Part shown: positions 1-9,511 of the stretch, in pieces
Position numbering within the stretch: position 1 is the stretch's first letter
Layout: each line of letters opens with the position of its first letter
Origin: Desulfobacterales bacterium
GTDB taxonomy: Bacteria; Desulfobacterota; Desulfobacteria; Desulfobacterales; UBA5852
Direction: 5' to 3'
Assembly (NCBI GenBank): GCA_963674755.2
Contig: CAXXVS010000002.1
Span: forward strand, 2,016,001 to 2,080,000
DNA length: 64,000 bases
Position numbers and translations under genes: made by a program
Notes under the pieces: generated by a model
Told to the model about the DNA's origin: nothing
The model's input: only the letters and a program-made list of their open reading frames with translations
The model's database searches: none

Positions 1-1514
1 GACGATTCCACGAAGGTGTCCATGGTATCGGTTTCCCGGCGGCTGTCTTCGCGCCCGCACTTGGGGCAGGTCGTGCGGCGGAACGCTTCCAGCGACGGGA
101 GCGGTGAGCGCCCGCCCTCCAGCAGGTCCACATCCTCCGGCAGCACGATCGGCAGCTCGTTCTCCGGCACCGGCACCACCCCGCAGTCCGGGCAATAGAC
201 CACCGGAATGGGGGCGCCCCAATAGCGCTGGCGCGATATGCCCCAGTCGCGCAGCCGGAAATTGATCGTCTTGCGCCCCATGCCGTGGGATTCCAGATCG
301 TCGGCGATGGCCTCCATGGCCTGGCGATTGGGCTGTCCGTTGAAATCCCCCGAATTCACCATGATCCCATCCTGGGTGTAGGCCTCCGTCAGGGCGGCGG
401 CATCCAGGGGGTCGTCTTCCCGGTCGATGACGACGATGATCTCGAGCCCGTATTTGCGCGCGAAATCAAAATCGCGCTGATCGTGGGCCGGCACCGACAT
501 GACCGCCCCGGTGCCGTATTCCATCAGGGCGAAATTGGCGGTATAGATGGGCATCCGGCGCTGGTTCATGGGGTTGATGCAGTAGGCCCCCAGGAAAACC
601 CCTTCCTTTTCATACTTTTCCAGACCGCGGTCGGAGCGGTCCTGCATGGCAATGCGCTCCACGAAGGCCTGCACCGCCGACGCCTGGGGCGTATCGCGGG
701 AAAGCTCCGCCACCAGGGGATGTTCGGGGGCCAGACACATGAAGGTCGCCCCGAAAACCGTGTCATGCCGAGTGGTAAAAACCGTGATGACCGCTTCGGA
801 GCCCTCCACCGGGAAGCGAATTTCCGCCCCCAGACTTTTGCCGATCCAGTTTTTCTGCATGGTCAGCACCTTGTCGGGCCAACCGGGCAGCTGATCGCAA
901 TACATCAGCAGGTCGTCCGCATAATCCGAAATGCGGAAAAACCATTGCCAGAGCTTCTTCTGATGCACCGGCTGACCGCAGCGCCAGCACAGGCCGGCTT
1001 CCACCTGTTCGTTGGCCAAAACCGTCTGGCAGGTTTCGCACCAGTTGACATAGGATTCCTTGCGATAGGCCATGTCTTTGGCCAGCATCTGCAGGAACAG
1101 CCATTGCTCCCAGCGATAGTATTCCGGACGGCAAGTGGCGATTTCCCGGTCCCAGTCATAGGAAAACCCCAGACGCTTGAGCTGCTGGCGCATGGCATCG
1201 ATATTGGCGTAGGTCCACTGGGCCGGGTGGGTCTTGTTGGCGATGGCCGCGTTTTCGGCCGGCATGCCGAAAGCATCCCACCCCATGGGATGCAGGACGT
1301 TGAACCCGCGCATGCGTTTGTAGCGGGCCACGACGTCGCCGATGGTGTAGTTGCGCACATGCCCCATATGGATTTTCCCCGAAGGATAGGGAAACATTTC
1401 CAGCAGATAATATTTTTCCCGCCCGGGATCTTCATCGACGTTGAAGAGGTGGGACGCTTCCCAACGCTGCTGCCATTTGGTTTCGATCGCCTGGGGATCG
1501 TAGCGCTCTTCCAT
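1..1514 (-). CDS. leuS: Leucyl-tRNA synthetase, N-terminal part; runs off the left edge of the window
   Basis: Not in the ORF track. Manual minus-strand translation from ATG at 1514 gives [18 protein letters not shown]...[26 protein letters not shown]...[13 protein letters not shown] (HIGH-like HMGH motif) and the [15 protein letters not shown] motif near 210-250. Confidence 0.96.
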   Translation of the reverse strand, partial: MEERYDPQAIETKWQQRWEASHLFNVDEDPGREKYYLLEMFPYPSGKIHMGHVRNYTIGDVVARYKRMRGFNVLHPMGWDAFGMPAENAAIANKTHPAQWTYANIDAMRQQLKRLGFSYDWDREIATCRPEYYRWEQWLFLQMLAKDMAYRKESYVNWCETCQTVLANEQVEAGLCWRCGQPVHQKKLWQWFFRISDYADDLLMYCDQLPGWPDKVLTMQKNWIGKSLGAEIRFPVEGSEAVITVFTTRHDTVFGATFMCLAPEHPLVAELSRDTPQASAVQAFVERIAMQDRSDRGLEKYEKEGVFLGAYCINPMNQRRMPIYTANFALMEYGTGAVMSVPAHDQRDFDFARKYGLEIIVVIDREDDPLDAAALTEAYTQDGIMVNSGDFNGQPNRQAMEAIADDLESHGMGRKTINFRLRDWGISRQRYWGAPIPVVYCPDCGVVPVPENELPIVLPEDVDLLEGGRSPLPSLEAFRRTTCPKCGREDSRRETDTMDTFVES

Positions 1515-2067
1515 GATGTGTCATGCCTCCACGTGAATCGGCGTTGTGCAGTGCACCCTGGGCCCGGTCAACCGCCCGAGGCCCTGCAGGCAAATGATTT
1601 CAATGCCACAACGCATCGCAAATAGCAACCCGCGACCGCGCCGGTCCGGCCGTGCCACCGGCCATGCCCCCAACGCCGGCAGCCGCAAGCGTCATGACAC
1701 CGGAAAGCTTAAAATTGTTTGACTTGAGGTTCTCAATTGCCTATTTATATCGCTTACATAAATAAAGATCGGTCATCGCGAACGCCAAACTGGTCCATAA
1801 CGCTGTTTAAAACGGGGGTTGATCGGCGGAGCATCCACCGCACGGCGTGCCGATCCCAAACCGAAACGCCGTCACGCAGACCGGCAAAGGAAGGCCGGCA
1901 ACATATCCAATTACCGTTGATCGGTGCCGAACATTTTATTCGGAGAGGGAGGCCGTGCCGTTACGCCCGTCGGTAAAGGTCCGATTGTTCCGCCCCTCAC
2001 AAAAGCGGGCGCCGCTTTCCCGAACCAGCCTATTTCTCGATACGCGATTCACAAGGAAACAATTTAT

Positions 2068-3528
2068 ATGAGCAGCAAGATTCTGATCAACGCCGTTGAC
2101 ACGGAAGAGTGTCGCATCGCCAAAGTGAAGGACAGCCGACTGGACGAATTTCAAATCGAAAGCGCCAGCATCGAAATCACCCAGGGCAATATCTACAAGG
2201 CCACCATCACCCGCATCGAACCCAGTTTGCAGGCCGTCTTTATCGATTACGGCGCCGAGCGCAACGGGTTCCTGCAGATCCAGGAAATTCACCACGACTA
2301 TTTCCACGATGTGGAAGCCGGGGGGCGCGACATCTCCCAACTGGTGCGCAAGGGCCAGGAGTTGCTCGTCCAGGTCGTCAAGGACCCGTTTATGCACAAA
2401 GGGGCCATGCTGACCACCAATCTGAGTTTGGCCGGACGTCTGATGGTGCTCATGCCGGGCAATGAGACCCACGGCATATCCCGTAAGATCGAAGACGAAA
2501 AAGAACGCCTGCGCCTCAAGGATATCGTGAACACCCTCAACATCCCCGAAGGCTTCGGCGTGATCGTGCGCACCATTGCCGAAGGGGCCACCAAGACCGC
2601 TCTCACCAAGGATTTCAACTATCTCATGCGCTTGTGGAAAACCATCAAGAGCCGGGTGATGGAAGTCGAGGCCCCCCAACTGCTCTACAAGGAGCGCAAT
2701 CTAGTGGTGCGCACGATTCGCGACTATTTCACCTCGGACGTCTCGGAGATCCTGGTGGACGACCCCACCGTCTACCAGGAAATCAAAGACTTCATGAAAA
2801 TCATCTCCCCCAAGCAGACCAAAATCGTCAAACAGCACAAAGCCGCCAAACCCATTTTTACCCGCTACCAGTTGGAAGACCAGATCGCTTCGGTCTACGA
2901 CAGCCGCGTTCCGCTGAAATCCGGGGGCTCCATCGTCATCAACCAGACCGAAGCCCTCGTGGCCATCGATGTCAACTCCGGCAAAGCCACCCAGAAGGGC
3001 TCCATCGAAGAGACCGCCCTCCAGACCAATCTGGAGGCGGTGGAGGAAGTGGCCCGCCAGCTGCGGCTCCGGGACCTGGGAGGGCTCATCGTCGTCGATC
3101 TGATCGATATGCGCGACCGCAAGAACCGCGGCGAAGTGGAACGGATCATGAAAACCCATCTGAAAGACGACAAGGCCCGAACCAAGGTCGGCCGGATATC
3201 CCGCTTCGGCCTTCTCGAAATGTCCCGCCAGCGCATTCGCCCATCGATCGAATTCAGCAGTTATCAGGTCTGTGACCACTGCCGGGGCAAGGGCCAGGTG
3301 CCATCCACTGAAACCCTGGGGGTGGCGTTCTTGCGCAAACTCAGTCTCGAAAGCCTGAAATGCGACATAAAGACCCTCAAGGGGCGGGTGCCGGCCAGTG
3401 TGGCCGACTACCTGCTCAACCGGAAACGCAAGGAATTGACGGACCTGGAAGAAAAACGACAGCTGACCATTCGCATCGAAGCGGATGAAAACATGATGCC
3501 CGGCGAAAGCCAGATCAGTTGCGCGTGA
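2068..3528 (+). CDS. Ribonuclease E/G family protein (RNase G-sized, no long C-terminal scaffold)
   Basis: S1 motif GNIYKATITRIEPSLQAVFIDYG, IDVNSGK, RLRDLGGLIVVDLIDM, Zn-link CDHCRGKG. ATG at 2068 follows an AAGGA RBS. Confidence 0.95.
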   Translation: MSSKILINAVDTEECRIAKVKDSRLDEFQIESASIEITQGNIYKATITRIEPSLQAVFIDYGAERNGFLQIQEIHHDYFHDVEAGGRDISQLVRKGQELLVQVVKDPFMHKGAMLTTNLSLAGRLMVLMPGNETHGISRKIEDEKERLRLKDIVNTLNIPEGFGVIVRTIAEGATKTALTKDFNYLMRLWKTIKSRVMEVEAPQLLYKERNLVVRTIRDYFTSDVSEILVDDPTVYQEIKDFMKIISPKQTKIVKQHKAAKPIFTRYQLEDQIASVYDSRVPLKSGGSIVINQTEALVAIDVNSGKATQKGSIEETALQTNLEAVEEVARQLRLRDLGGLIVVDLIDMRDRKNRGEVERIMKTHLKDDKARTKVGRISRFGLLEMSRQRIRPSIEFSSYQVCDHCRGKGQVPSTETLGVAFLRKLSLESLKCDIKTLKGRVPASVADYLLNRKRKELTDLEEKRQLTIRIEADENMMPGESQISCA

Positions 3529-3550
3529 ATCGGGCATTCCTTAGAATAGT

Positions 3551-3776
3551 GTCCATCCAGAGGTGGTAGGTTCAGGTTCCTGGCAAGGCCGCAGCCGACG
3601 GTCGTCCCGCCAAGCGGGACTTCCCATCTGATTGATTTTTCAACGGTGGGTGCCCACAGGCGCAGCCCGGCTACGCCGAAGAGCGACAGGAGGCGAGAAC
3701 GCCGGCTTGTCCGCCAAAGGTGGATTGGTCGACCCGCGGCGGGCCAGGGGCCAAAAGATGTCATCTCTGGATGGAC
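3551..3776. repeat. Structured MITE-like repeat, copy 1
   Basis: Perfect 12-bp terminal IR GTCCATCCAGAG/CTCTGGATGGAC. Highly similar to 4617-4848 and to the ends of 55302-55540. Confidence 0.9.
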
Positions 3777-3800
3777 GATAGAAGTTGGAAGGACAAAACC

Positions 3801-4580
3801 ATGGCAGGACACCGCAATGGTCGCAGAAGCAATTCCCTTTTGGTCATCGGTCTGGCCGGCCTCATTTTGCTAGCCATCCTGGCCGCCATTAAAATATTGA
3901 TGGAACCGCAAATCGTCGTTCACGAGAAGGAATCGCCTCCGGCGGCGAGTCCCCCGGCCCCTGCACCCGAACAGGAGAAAAAAACGGTCATCGATTATGA
4001 CAAGATGCAATCGGATGAGGCTCTGCAATCGATGATGAACGAACGCAAAGACAGCTACGATGTGGGCGCCGGCATCGATATCATCGCCCGCTCGGACGAA
4101 ACGGTCAAAATCGGCGGCCGGACCCTTTCCATGAAGGAGCTGCAAAAACAGATTCAGCTGAAACTGGGGGAAATCACGGAGGAGACCATCGGACCGGACG
4201 GCCGGCCCGTACTCCAGATGACCCAGAGTTACGGCATCTACGTCGTCCAGCCCGGGGACAATATCTGGAATATTCATTTCCGTTTTCTCAAGGATTATTT
4301 CAGCCGCCGGAACGTCACCTTGTCGCCGGTGGCGGATGAACCCGTGTCGGACGGCTTCAGTTCGGGGGTTGGCAAACTTCTCAAGTTTTCCGAAAACATG
4401 GTCTACATTTACAATCTCAAGGATCAGCAATTCAGCGAAAACCTGAATCTGATCGAGCCCCGGTCGAAGATCGTGATCTACAAGATGGACCGGGTATTCG
4501 CTTTTCTCGAACAGGTGGATTATGAAAACATCAACCGGATTCAGTTCGACGGCGATACTCTCTGGGTGCCGTCCAACTGA
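3801..4580 (+). CDS. Membrane-anchored hypothetical protein with a LysM-like motif
   Basis: N-terminal TM helix, Pro-rich linker, YVVQPGDNIWNI LysM-like motif. AAGGA RBS before ATG 3801. Confidence 0.7.
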   Translation: MAGHRNGRRSNSLLVIGLAGLILLAILAAIKILMEPQIVVHEKESPPAASPPAPAPEQEKKTVIDYDKMQSDEALQSMMNERKDSYDVGAGIDIIARSDETVKIGGRTLSMKELQKQIQLKLGEITEETIGPDGRPVLQMTQSYGIYVVQPGDNIWNIHFRFLKDYFSRRNVTLSPVADEPVSDGFSSGVGKLLKFSENMVYIYNLKDQQFSENLNLIEPRSKIVIYKMDRVFAFLEQVDYENINRIQFDGDTLWVPSN

Positions 4581-4616
4581 TCTCCGGCCATATGGTTGGA
4601 GTGCCTGAAGATTAAA

Positions 4617-4848
4617 CGTGTCTATCCAGAAACGGTAGATTTTGGTTCCGGGCAAGGCCGCAGCCGACGGGCGTCCCGCCAAGCGGGACTTCCCATCTGA
4701 TTGATTTTTCAACGGTGGGTGCCCACAGGCGTCGCCCGGCTACGCCGAGGACCGACAGGAGGCGAGAAGGCCGGCTTGTCCGCCGAAGGTGGATTGGTCT
4801 ACCGGCGGCGGGCCAGGGGCCAAAAGATGCCGTTTCTGGATTGATACG
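4617..4848. repeat. Structured MITE-like repeat, copy 2
   Basis: Terminal IR CGTGTCTATCCAGAAACGG/CCGTTTCTGGATTGATACG. Interior nearly identical to copy 1. Confidence 0.9.
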
Positions 4849-4857
4849 AACTAGTGT

Positions 4858-4886
4858 TTGACCTCACGGAGCATTTACAGTATATG
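4858..4886 (+). promoter_or_regulatory. Putative sigma70 promoter of yajC-secDF
   Basis: TTGACC-N17-TATATG about 40 bp upstream of yajC. Confidence 0.45.
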
Positions 4887-4927
4887 AGCGCCATTTTATT
4901 TTTCCGAAGCCTAAGGGAGGTTCTATC

Positions 4928-5299
4928 TTGACAGGTATCGCATACGCAATGGGTCAGGGCGGCGCCGCCGGACAGGGAGCCGGCGGTTTTGGGGGACTGA
5001 TCCCCATCGTTTTGATGTTCGTGATCTTCTATTTCCTGCTGATTCGCCCCCAGCAAAAACGCAACAAAGAACACAAAGAAATGATCACCAACCTGAAAAA
5101 AGGGGACCGCATCATCACCAGCGGTGGCATCTACGGCCGGATCACGGGCCTTGACGAGGCCACGCTTACCGTGGAAATCGCTGACAAGGTGCGCGTCAAG
5201 GTGGCCCGGGGCAATGTTTCCGGGCTTGCCCAGGGTGCTGCCCCGCAAGTGCCGCCCGCCAAAAAGGAAAAGAACAAGGGCAACGCCGACAAGTCCTGA
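4928..5299 (+). CDS. yajC: Preprotein translocase subunit YajC
   Basis: FYFLLIRPQQKR...LKKGDRIITSGGIYG motif. GGGAGG RBS, TTG start, upstream of secD. Confidence 0.95.
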   Translation: MTGIAYAMGQGGAAGQGAGGFGGLIPIVLMFVIFYFLLIRPQQKRNKEHKEMITNLKKGDRIITSGGIYGRITGLDEATLTVEIADKVRVKVARGNVSGLAQGAAPQVPPAKKEKNKGNADKS

Positions 5300-5407
5300 T
5301 AGGGATTCCGGCAGCCCGTCATTTGATGTGCACAAAATGGTTAAATCGCCCGTTTTGGGGATTTAACCATTTTGCCGTTAAGCGGATCGCAGGAAAGGAC
5401 AAGACCA

Positions 5408-6985
5408 TTGAAAAACATCGCATGGAAGCCAGTCATCATCGCAGCGGTCCTTCTGGCGGCCATCATCTATGTACTCCCGACGTTCCAACCGGGCATCTGG
5501 CCCCATAAGAAAATCAATCTGGGGCTGGACCTGCAGGGCGGCATGCATCTGGCGTTGGAGGTGGAAACCGACAAAGCGGTGGCCAGTACCATCGAACGCA
5601 TCGTGCAGGAATTGCGTGATCAATCCCGGAGCAAGGGTATTCAGGGCCTCCAGGCAGAGCGCGTCGACGGTGATCGAATCCAAATCAGCGTCCAGGGCCA
5701 GGCCAATATTGCGAAATTCCAGACCCTGCTGGACAGTGCCTTCGCCGATCTGCGGGAACAGGACCGCACCCTGAGCGGCGAACAATTGAAGCTGGTGCTG
5801 GATATGCCCACCAAGGAAGCCGATCGCATCAAGGAGCTGGCCACCGCCCAGGCCCTTGAAACGATCCGCAACCGCATCGATCAATTCGGTGTGTCCGAGC
5901 CGGATATCCGCCGTCAGGGGGAAAACCGCATCCTGATCCAATTGCCCGGCATCAGCGATACCGAGCGCGCCAAGGAGCTGATCGGCCGGACGGCCCAGCT
6001 GGAGTTCAAGCTGGTGGACGACCAGTTGTCACCGGAAACAGCCCTTAAAACCGGCGTCCCGCCCGGCGACGAAATCCTCTACCAGACCAGCGTGGATCCC
6101 GCGACCCAGCGTACCCGCACCGTCCCCTTCCTGCTGAAGAAGCGTACCGTGCTCACCGGTCAATACCTGACCGATGCCCGGGTGCGCTACGACCAGACCA
6201 AGCGCAGCTACTACGTGGCCATCGATTTCGACCGCAAAGGCGCCCGGATCTTCGAGCGCATCACCGGCGACAACATCCACAAGCGCCTGGCCATCGTACT
6301 CGACAACAAGGTGCATTCCGCCCCCGAGATCCAGGACCGTATCGCCGGTGGGAGTGCGGTGATTACCGGCAGTTTCACCGCCGAAGAGGCTGAAGACCTG
6401 GCGATCGTGCTGCGGGCCGGTGCCCTGCCGGCGCCGGTCAAGGTCCTGGAGGAGCGGACCGTGGGCCCCTCCCTGGGCAGGGATTCCATCAAAAAGGGAC
6501 TGACCTCCATGATCGTGGGGGGCCTTTTGGTCATCGTGTTCATGCTGATCTATTACCGGGGATCCGGCCTGCTGGCGGATATCGCCCTGGTGTTGAACAT
6601 CCTGCTGATGGGGGCCGGGCTGGCCGCCTTACAGGCCACGCTGACCCTGCCGGGCATTGCCGGGTTCATCCTCACCATCGGCATGGCGGTGGACGCCAAC
6701 GTCATTATTTTCGAACGCATTCGCGAAGAACTCGCCATCGGCAAGCCACCTAGGGCGGCGGTCGATGCCGGTTACGACCGGGCCACCCTGACCATCCTGG
6801 ATGCCAACGTGACCACCCTGATCGCCGCCTTGGTGTTGTTTCAATTCGGCACCGGGCCCGTGAAGGGGTTTGCCGTCACCCTGAGCCTGGGGGTCGTTGC
6901 CAGCATGTTTACCGCTTTGTTTTTCACGCGCGTCGTATTCGATGCCTACCTATCGGGCCGCAAGGTCCGCCATATCAGTATTTAA
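5408..6985 (+). CDS. secD: Protein translocase subunit SecD
   Basis: LGLDLQGG, IRNRIDQFGVSEP, IGMAVDANVIIFERIREE. TTG start at 5408 chosen from the RBS. Confidence 0.96.
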   Translation: MKNIAWKPVIIAAVLLAAIIYVLPTFQPGIWPHKKINLGLDLQGGMHLALEVETDKAVASTIERIVQELRDQSRSKGIQGLQAERVDGDRIQISVQGQANIAKFQTLLDSAFADLREQDRTLSGEQLKLVLDMPTKEADRIKELATAQALETIRNRIDQFGVSEPDIRRQGENRILIQLPGISDTERAKELIGRTAQLEFKLVDDQLSPETALKTGVPPGDEILYQTSVDPATQRTRTVPFLLKKRTVLTGQYLTDARVRYDQTKRSYYVAIDFDRKGARIFERITGDNIHKRLAIVLDNKVHSAPEIQDRIAGGSAVITGSFTAEEAEDLAIVLRAGALPAPVKVLEERTVGPSLGRDSIKKGLTSMIVGGLLVIVFMLIYYRGSGLLADIALVLNILLMGAGLAALQATLTLPGIAGFILTIGMAVDANVIIFERIREELAIGKPPRAAVDAGYDRATLTILDANVTTLIAALVLFQFGTGPVKGFAVTLSLGVVASMFTALFFTRVVFDAYLSGRKVRHISI

Positions 6986-7070
6986 GTGCTCTGTGCCCCT
7001 GTCCTAAGAAGCAGCCCAACAGCCTCGGGACAGGGGATGCAGAGAATCGACATAAAAGGGGACCGCGTCC

Positions 7071-8111
7071 ATGCAATTCATCCGACCCGACGTCAACATT
7101 GACTTCATCGGCAAGCGCAAGTTTGCCTTCACCTTTTCGCTGTTGCTGATCCTGATCAGCGTCGGCACCCTGGTGTACCATGGCGGGCCGCTCTATGGGA
7201 TCGATTTCGCCGGCGGTACCCTGATTCAGGTCCGCTTTGACAAACCGGTTCCCGTGGCCCAAATTAAAGCGGGCTTGAGCCAGATGGACCTCAACAAGGC
7301 CTCGGTACAGCAGTTCGGTGAGAAGGGCTCCAGCGAATACTTGATCCACACGGACGTTTCCGGCATGACGGACAAAGGGTTCAATGAGTCCTTGCGCCAG
7401 CATCTGACAGAAGCCACCGGAACCACGGCCGAAATTCGGCGTGTGGAGATGGTGGGTCCCCAAGTGGGTCGTGATCTCAGGGAGAAGGCCCTCAAGGCCA
7501 TGTTCTATGCCTTGCTGTTCATCACGGTCTATATTTCCGGCCGGTTCGAATTGAAATGGCTGTTGAGCGCAGCCCTGGCAGTGGCCTTGATCGGGGCGGT
7601 CTATGTGTTCGGTCTGTTCAAGGTCAGCATTCCGATCTTGATTCTTTTGGCCTTGATCGTTACGCTGGCCATGTTCTGGTTTCTCAATCTCAAATATGCC
7701 ATGGGCGCCATCGTGGCGCTCATTCATGACGTGACCATCACCGTGGGGGTTTTCTCGTTGTTCAGCAAGGAGTTCACTCTGCCGATCATTGCCGCCCTGT
7801 TGACCATCATCGGCTATTCGCTGAACGATACGATCATCGTTTTTGACCGGATTCGAGAGAACAACAAGAAACTTCATAAAAATCCGCTGGGCACGATCAT
7901 CAACCGCAGTATCAACGAAACCCTGAGCCGGACCCTGCTCACGTCGGGGACGACCTTGGTGGTGGTACTTGCCCTTTTTGTCCTGGGCGGCGGCATCATC
8001 CATGATTTTGCCTTTGCCCTGCTGGTCGGTATTGTGATCGGTACGTATTCATCCATCTATGTGGCCAGCCCGATTCTACTGGCCTGGCAGCGCAAAACGT
8101 CTGCCGGATAA
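7071..8111 (+). CDS. secF: Protein translocase subunit SecF
   Basis: GIDFAGG, VGPQVG, GYSLNDTIIVFDRIREN, GTYSSIYVA. Confidence 0.96.
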   Translation: MQFIRPDVNIDFIGKRKFAFTFSLLLILISVGTLVYHGGPLYGIDFAGGTLIQVRFDKPVPVAQIKAGLSQMDLNKASVQQFGEKGSSEYLIHTDVSGMTDKGFNESLRQHLTEATGTTAEIRRVEMVGPQVGRDLREKALKAMFYALLFITVYISGRFELKWLLSAALAVALIGAVYVFGLFKVSIPILILLALIVTLAMFWFLNLKYAMGAIVALIHDVTITVGVFSLFSKEFTLPIIAALLTIIGYSLNDTIIVFDRIRENNKKLHKNPLGTIINRSINETLSRTLLTSGTTLVVVLALFVLGGGIIHDFAFALLVGIVIGTYSSIYVASPILLAWQRKTSAG

Positions 8112-8277
8112 CCCGAAGGCCCTCCGGACCGGTGGCCGTCTCCTTGCAAGGATCTGCCGCCCGGCCAAATTCAGCCGCCCGGCCAACTGGTTTTGCAAAT
8201 GTGGCCGCTGCTCCACCGGGTTTTCGAAGCAGCGGCCCGCAGCGGCCTTCCCCGGCGGCCCGAGGAACTGAGCAATC

Positions 8278-9441
8278 TTGACCGACACCGCTGAAACTGT
8301 TCTGCCGTGGCTTCGGCTGCGCTCCGTTCCCGGCGTCGGGAACCTCATTTTCCGGCGCCTGGTGGAACGCTTCGGTGAACCGCAGCAGGTTTTCCAGGCC
8401 GCCGACCAAGACCTGCGGGGGGTGGAGGGTCTTACACCGCGCCTGGTGGCCGGCATACGACAACAGGCCAAGGAGAATTCATTCAGCGACCGCGAGATGG
8501 AAAACGCCCGGCGAATGGGCTGTCACATCGTCACCCAGAAGGATGCCCGCTACCCGGCCCTGCTGCTCCAGATTCCCGATCCCCCGCCCTATCTCTATGT
8601 CTACGGTGAGACGGCGGCGTTTCCGGTGTGTGTGGCCATGGTGGGCTCGCGCCACGCCACTTCCTACGGACTCTCGATCACCCGACGCCTCAGCAACGAT
8701 CTGGCCCGTCAGGGCATCACTGTGGTGAGCGGACTGGCCCGGGGTATCGACACCGCCGCCCATGAGGGGGCCCTCCAGGGCGGCGGAACGACCGTGGCCG
8801 TGCTGGGCAGCGGACTGGCCACGATCTATCCGCCGGAGAATAAAGCCTTGGGCCGCCGCATCGCCGCGCAGGGGGCCGTGGTATCGGAGTTTCCGCTGGA
8901 GGCGGGCCCGGACCCGCATCATTTTCCCCAACGCAACCGGATTATCAGCGGCATGTGCCTGGGAACGGTCGTGGTGGAAGCCACACAGCGCAGCGGCTCT
9001 CTGATCACCGCCCGCCTGGCCCTCGAACAGAATCGCGAAATATTCGCCGTTCCCGGCAGCGTGAATTCCTTCAAAAGCATGGGCACCCATACGCTTATCA
9101 AAGAAGGTGCCAAACTCGTCACCCATGTGGGGGATATCCTGGAGGAGCTGCCGCCCCTGGCCGGCCCTGTTCCGCTGGCACCTATAGGAAATCCTGCGGC
9201 CGATCCGCCGGCGGCGCCGGCCGCCCTTTCCGGGGAGGAGCGCATCGTGTTCGAAGCGCTTTCGCCCTACCCCATCCATGTGGATGAACTGATCCGCCAG
9301 GTGAAGATGGACCCCGGCCGCATGGCCGGTATTCTGCTGACACTGGAACTGCAGGGCCTGGCCCGGCAAGACCCCGGCAAGTTATTCCGTCTGACGGATA
9401 AGGCCACCGGGATGTCACCTAAACCGAAAGCCGACCGCTAG
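8278..9441 (+). CDS. dprA: DNA-processing protein DprA
   Basis: VAMVGSR, VSGLARGIDTAAH, FPQRNRIISG, SGSLITA, C-terminal winged helix. Adjacent to topA. Confidence 0.95.
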   Translation: MTDTAETVLPWLRLRSVPGVGNLIFRRLVERFGEPQQVFQAADQDLRGVEGLTPRLVAGIRQQAKENSFSDREMENARRMGCHIVTQKDARYPALLLQIPDPPPYLYVYGETAAFPVCVAMVGSRHATSYGLSITRRLSNDLARQGITVVSGLARGIDTAAHEGALQGGGTTVAVLGSGLATIYPPENKALGRRIAAQGAVVSEFPLEAGPDPHHFPQRNRIISGMCLGTVVVEATQRSGSLITARLALEQNREIFAVPGSVNSFKSMGTHTLIKEGAKLVTHVGDILEELPPLAGPVPLAPIGNPAADPPAAPAALSGEERIVFEALSPYPIHVDELIRQVKMDPGRMAGILLTLELQGLARQDPGKLFRLTDKATGMSPKPKADR

Positions 9442-9511
9442 TCCTGGAGAACGCCGCGTTTAGACGGCCTGCGGGTGACCGCGCAACGGTCACACCAATA
9501 AAGGAGTACCC

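Noticed and set aside
285..1625. 446-aa + strand ORF
   Set aside because: Antisense shadow of leuS; no recognisable motifs
6989..7044. Hairpin between secD and secF
   Set aside because: No T tail and no similarity to the repeat family; at most an mRNA stability element
8112..8277. 13-bp direct repeat GCCGCCCGGCCAA (x2) between secF and dprA
   Set aside because: Only two GC-rich copies, no array structure; not CRISPR
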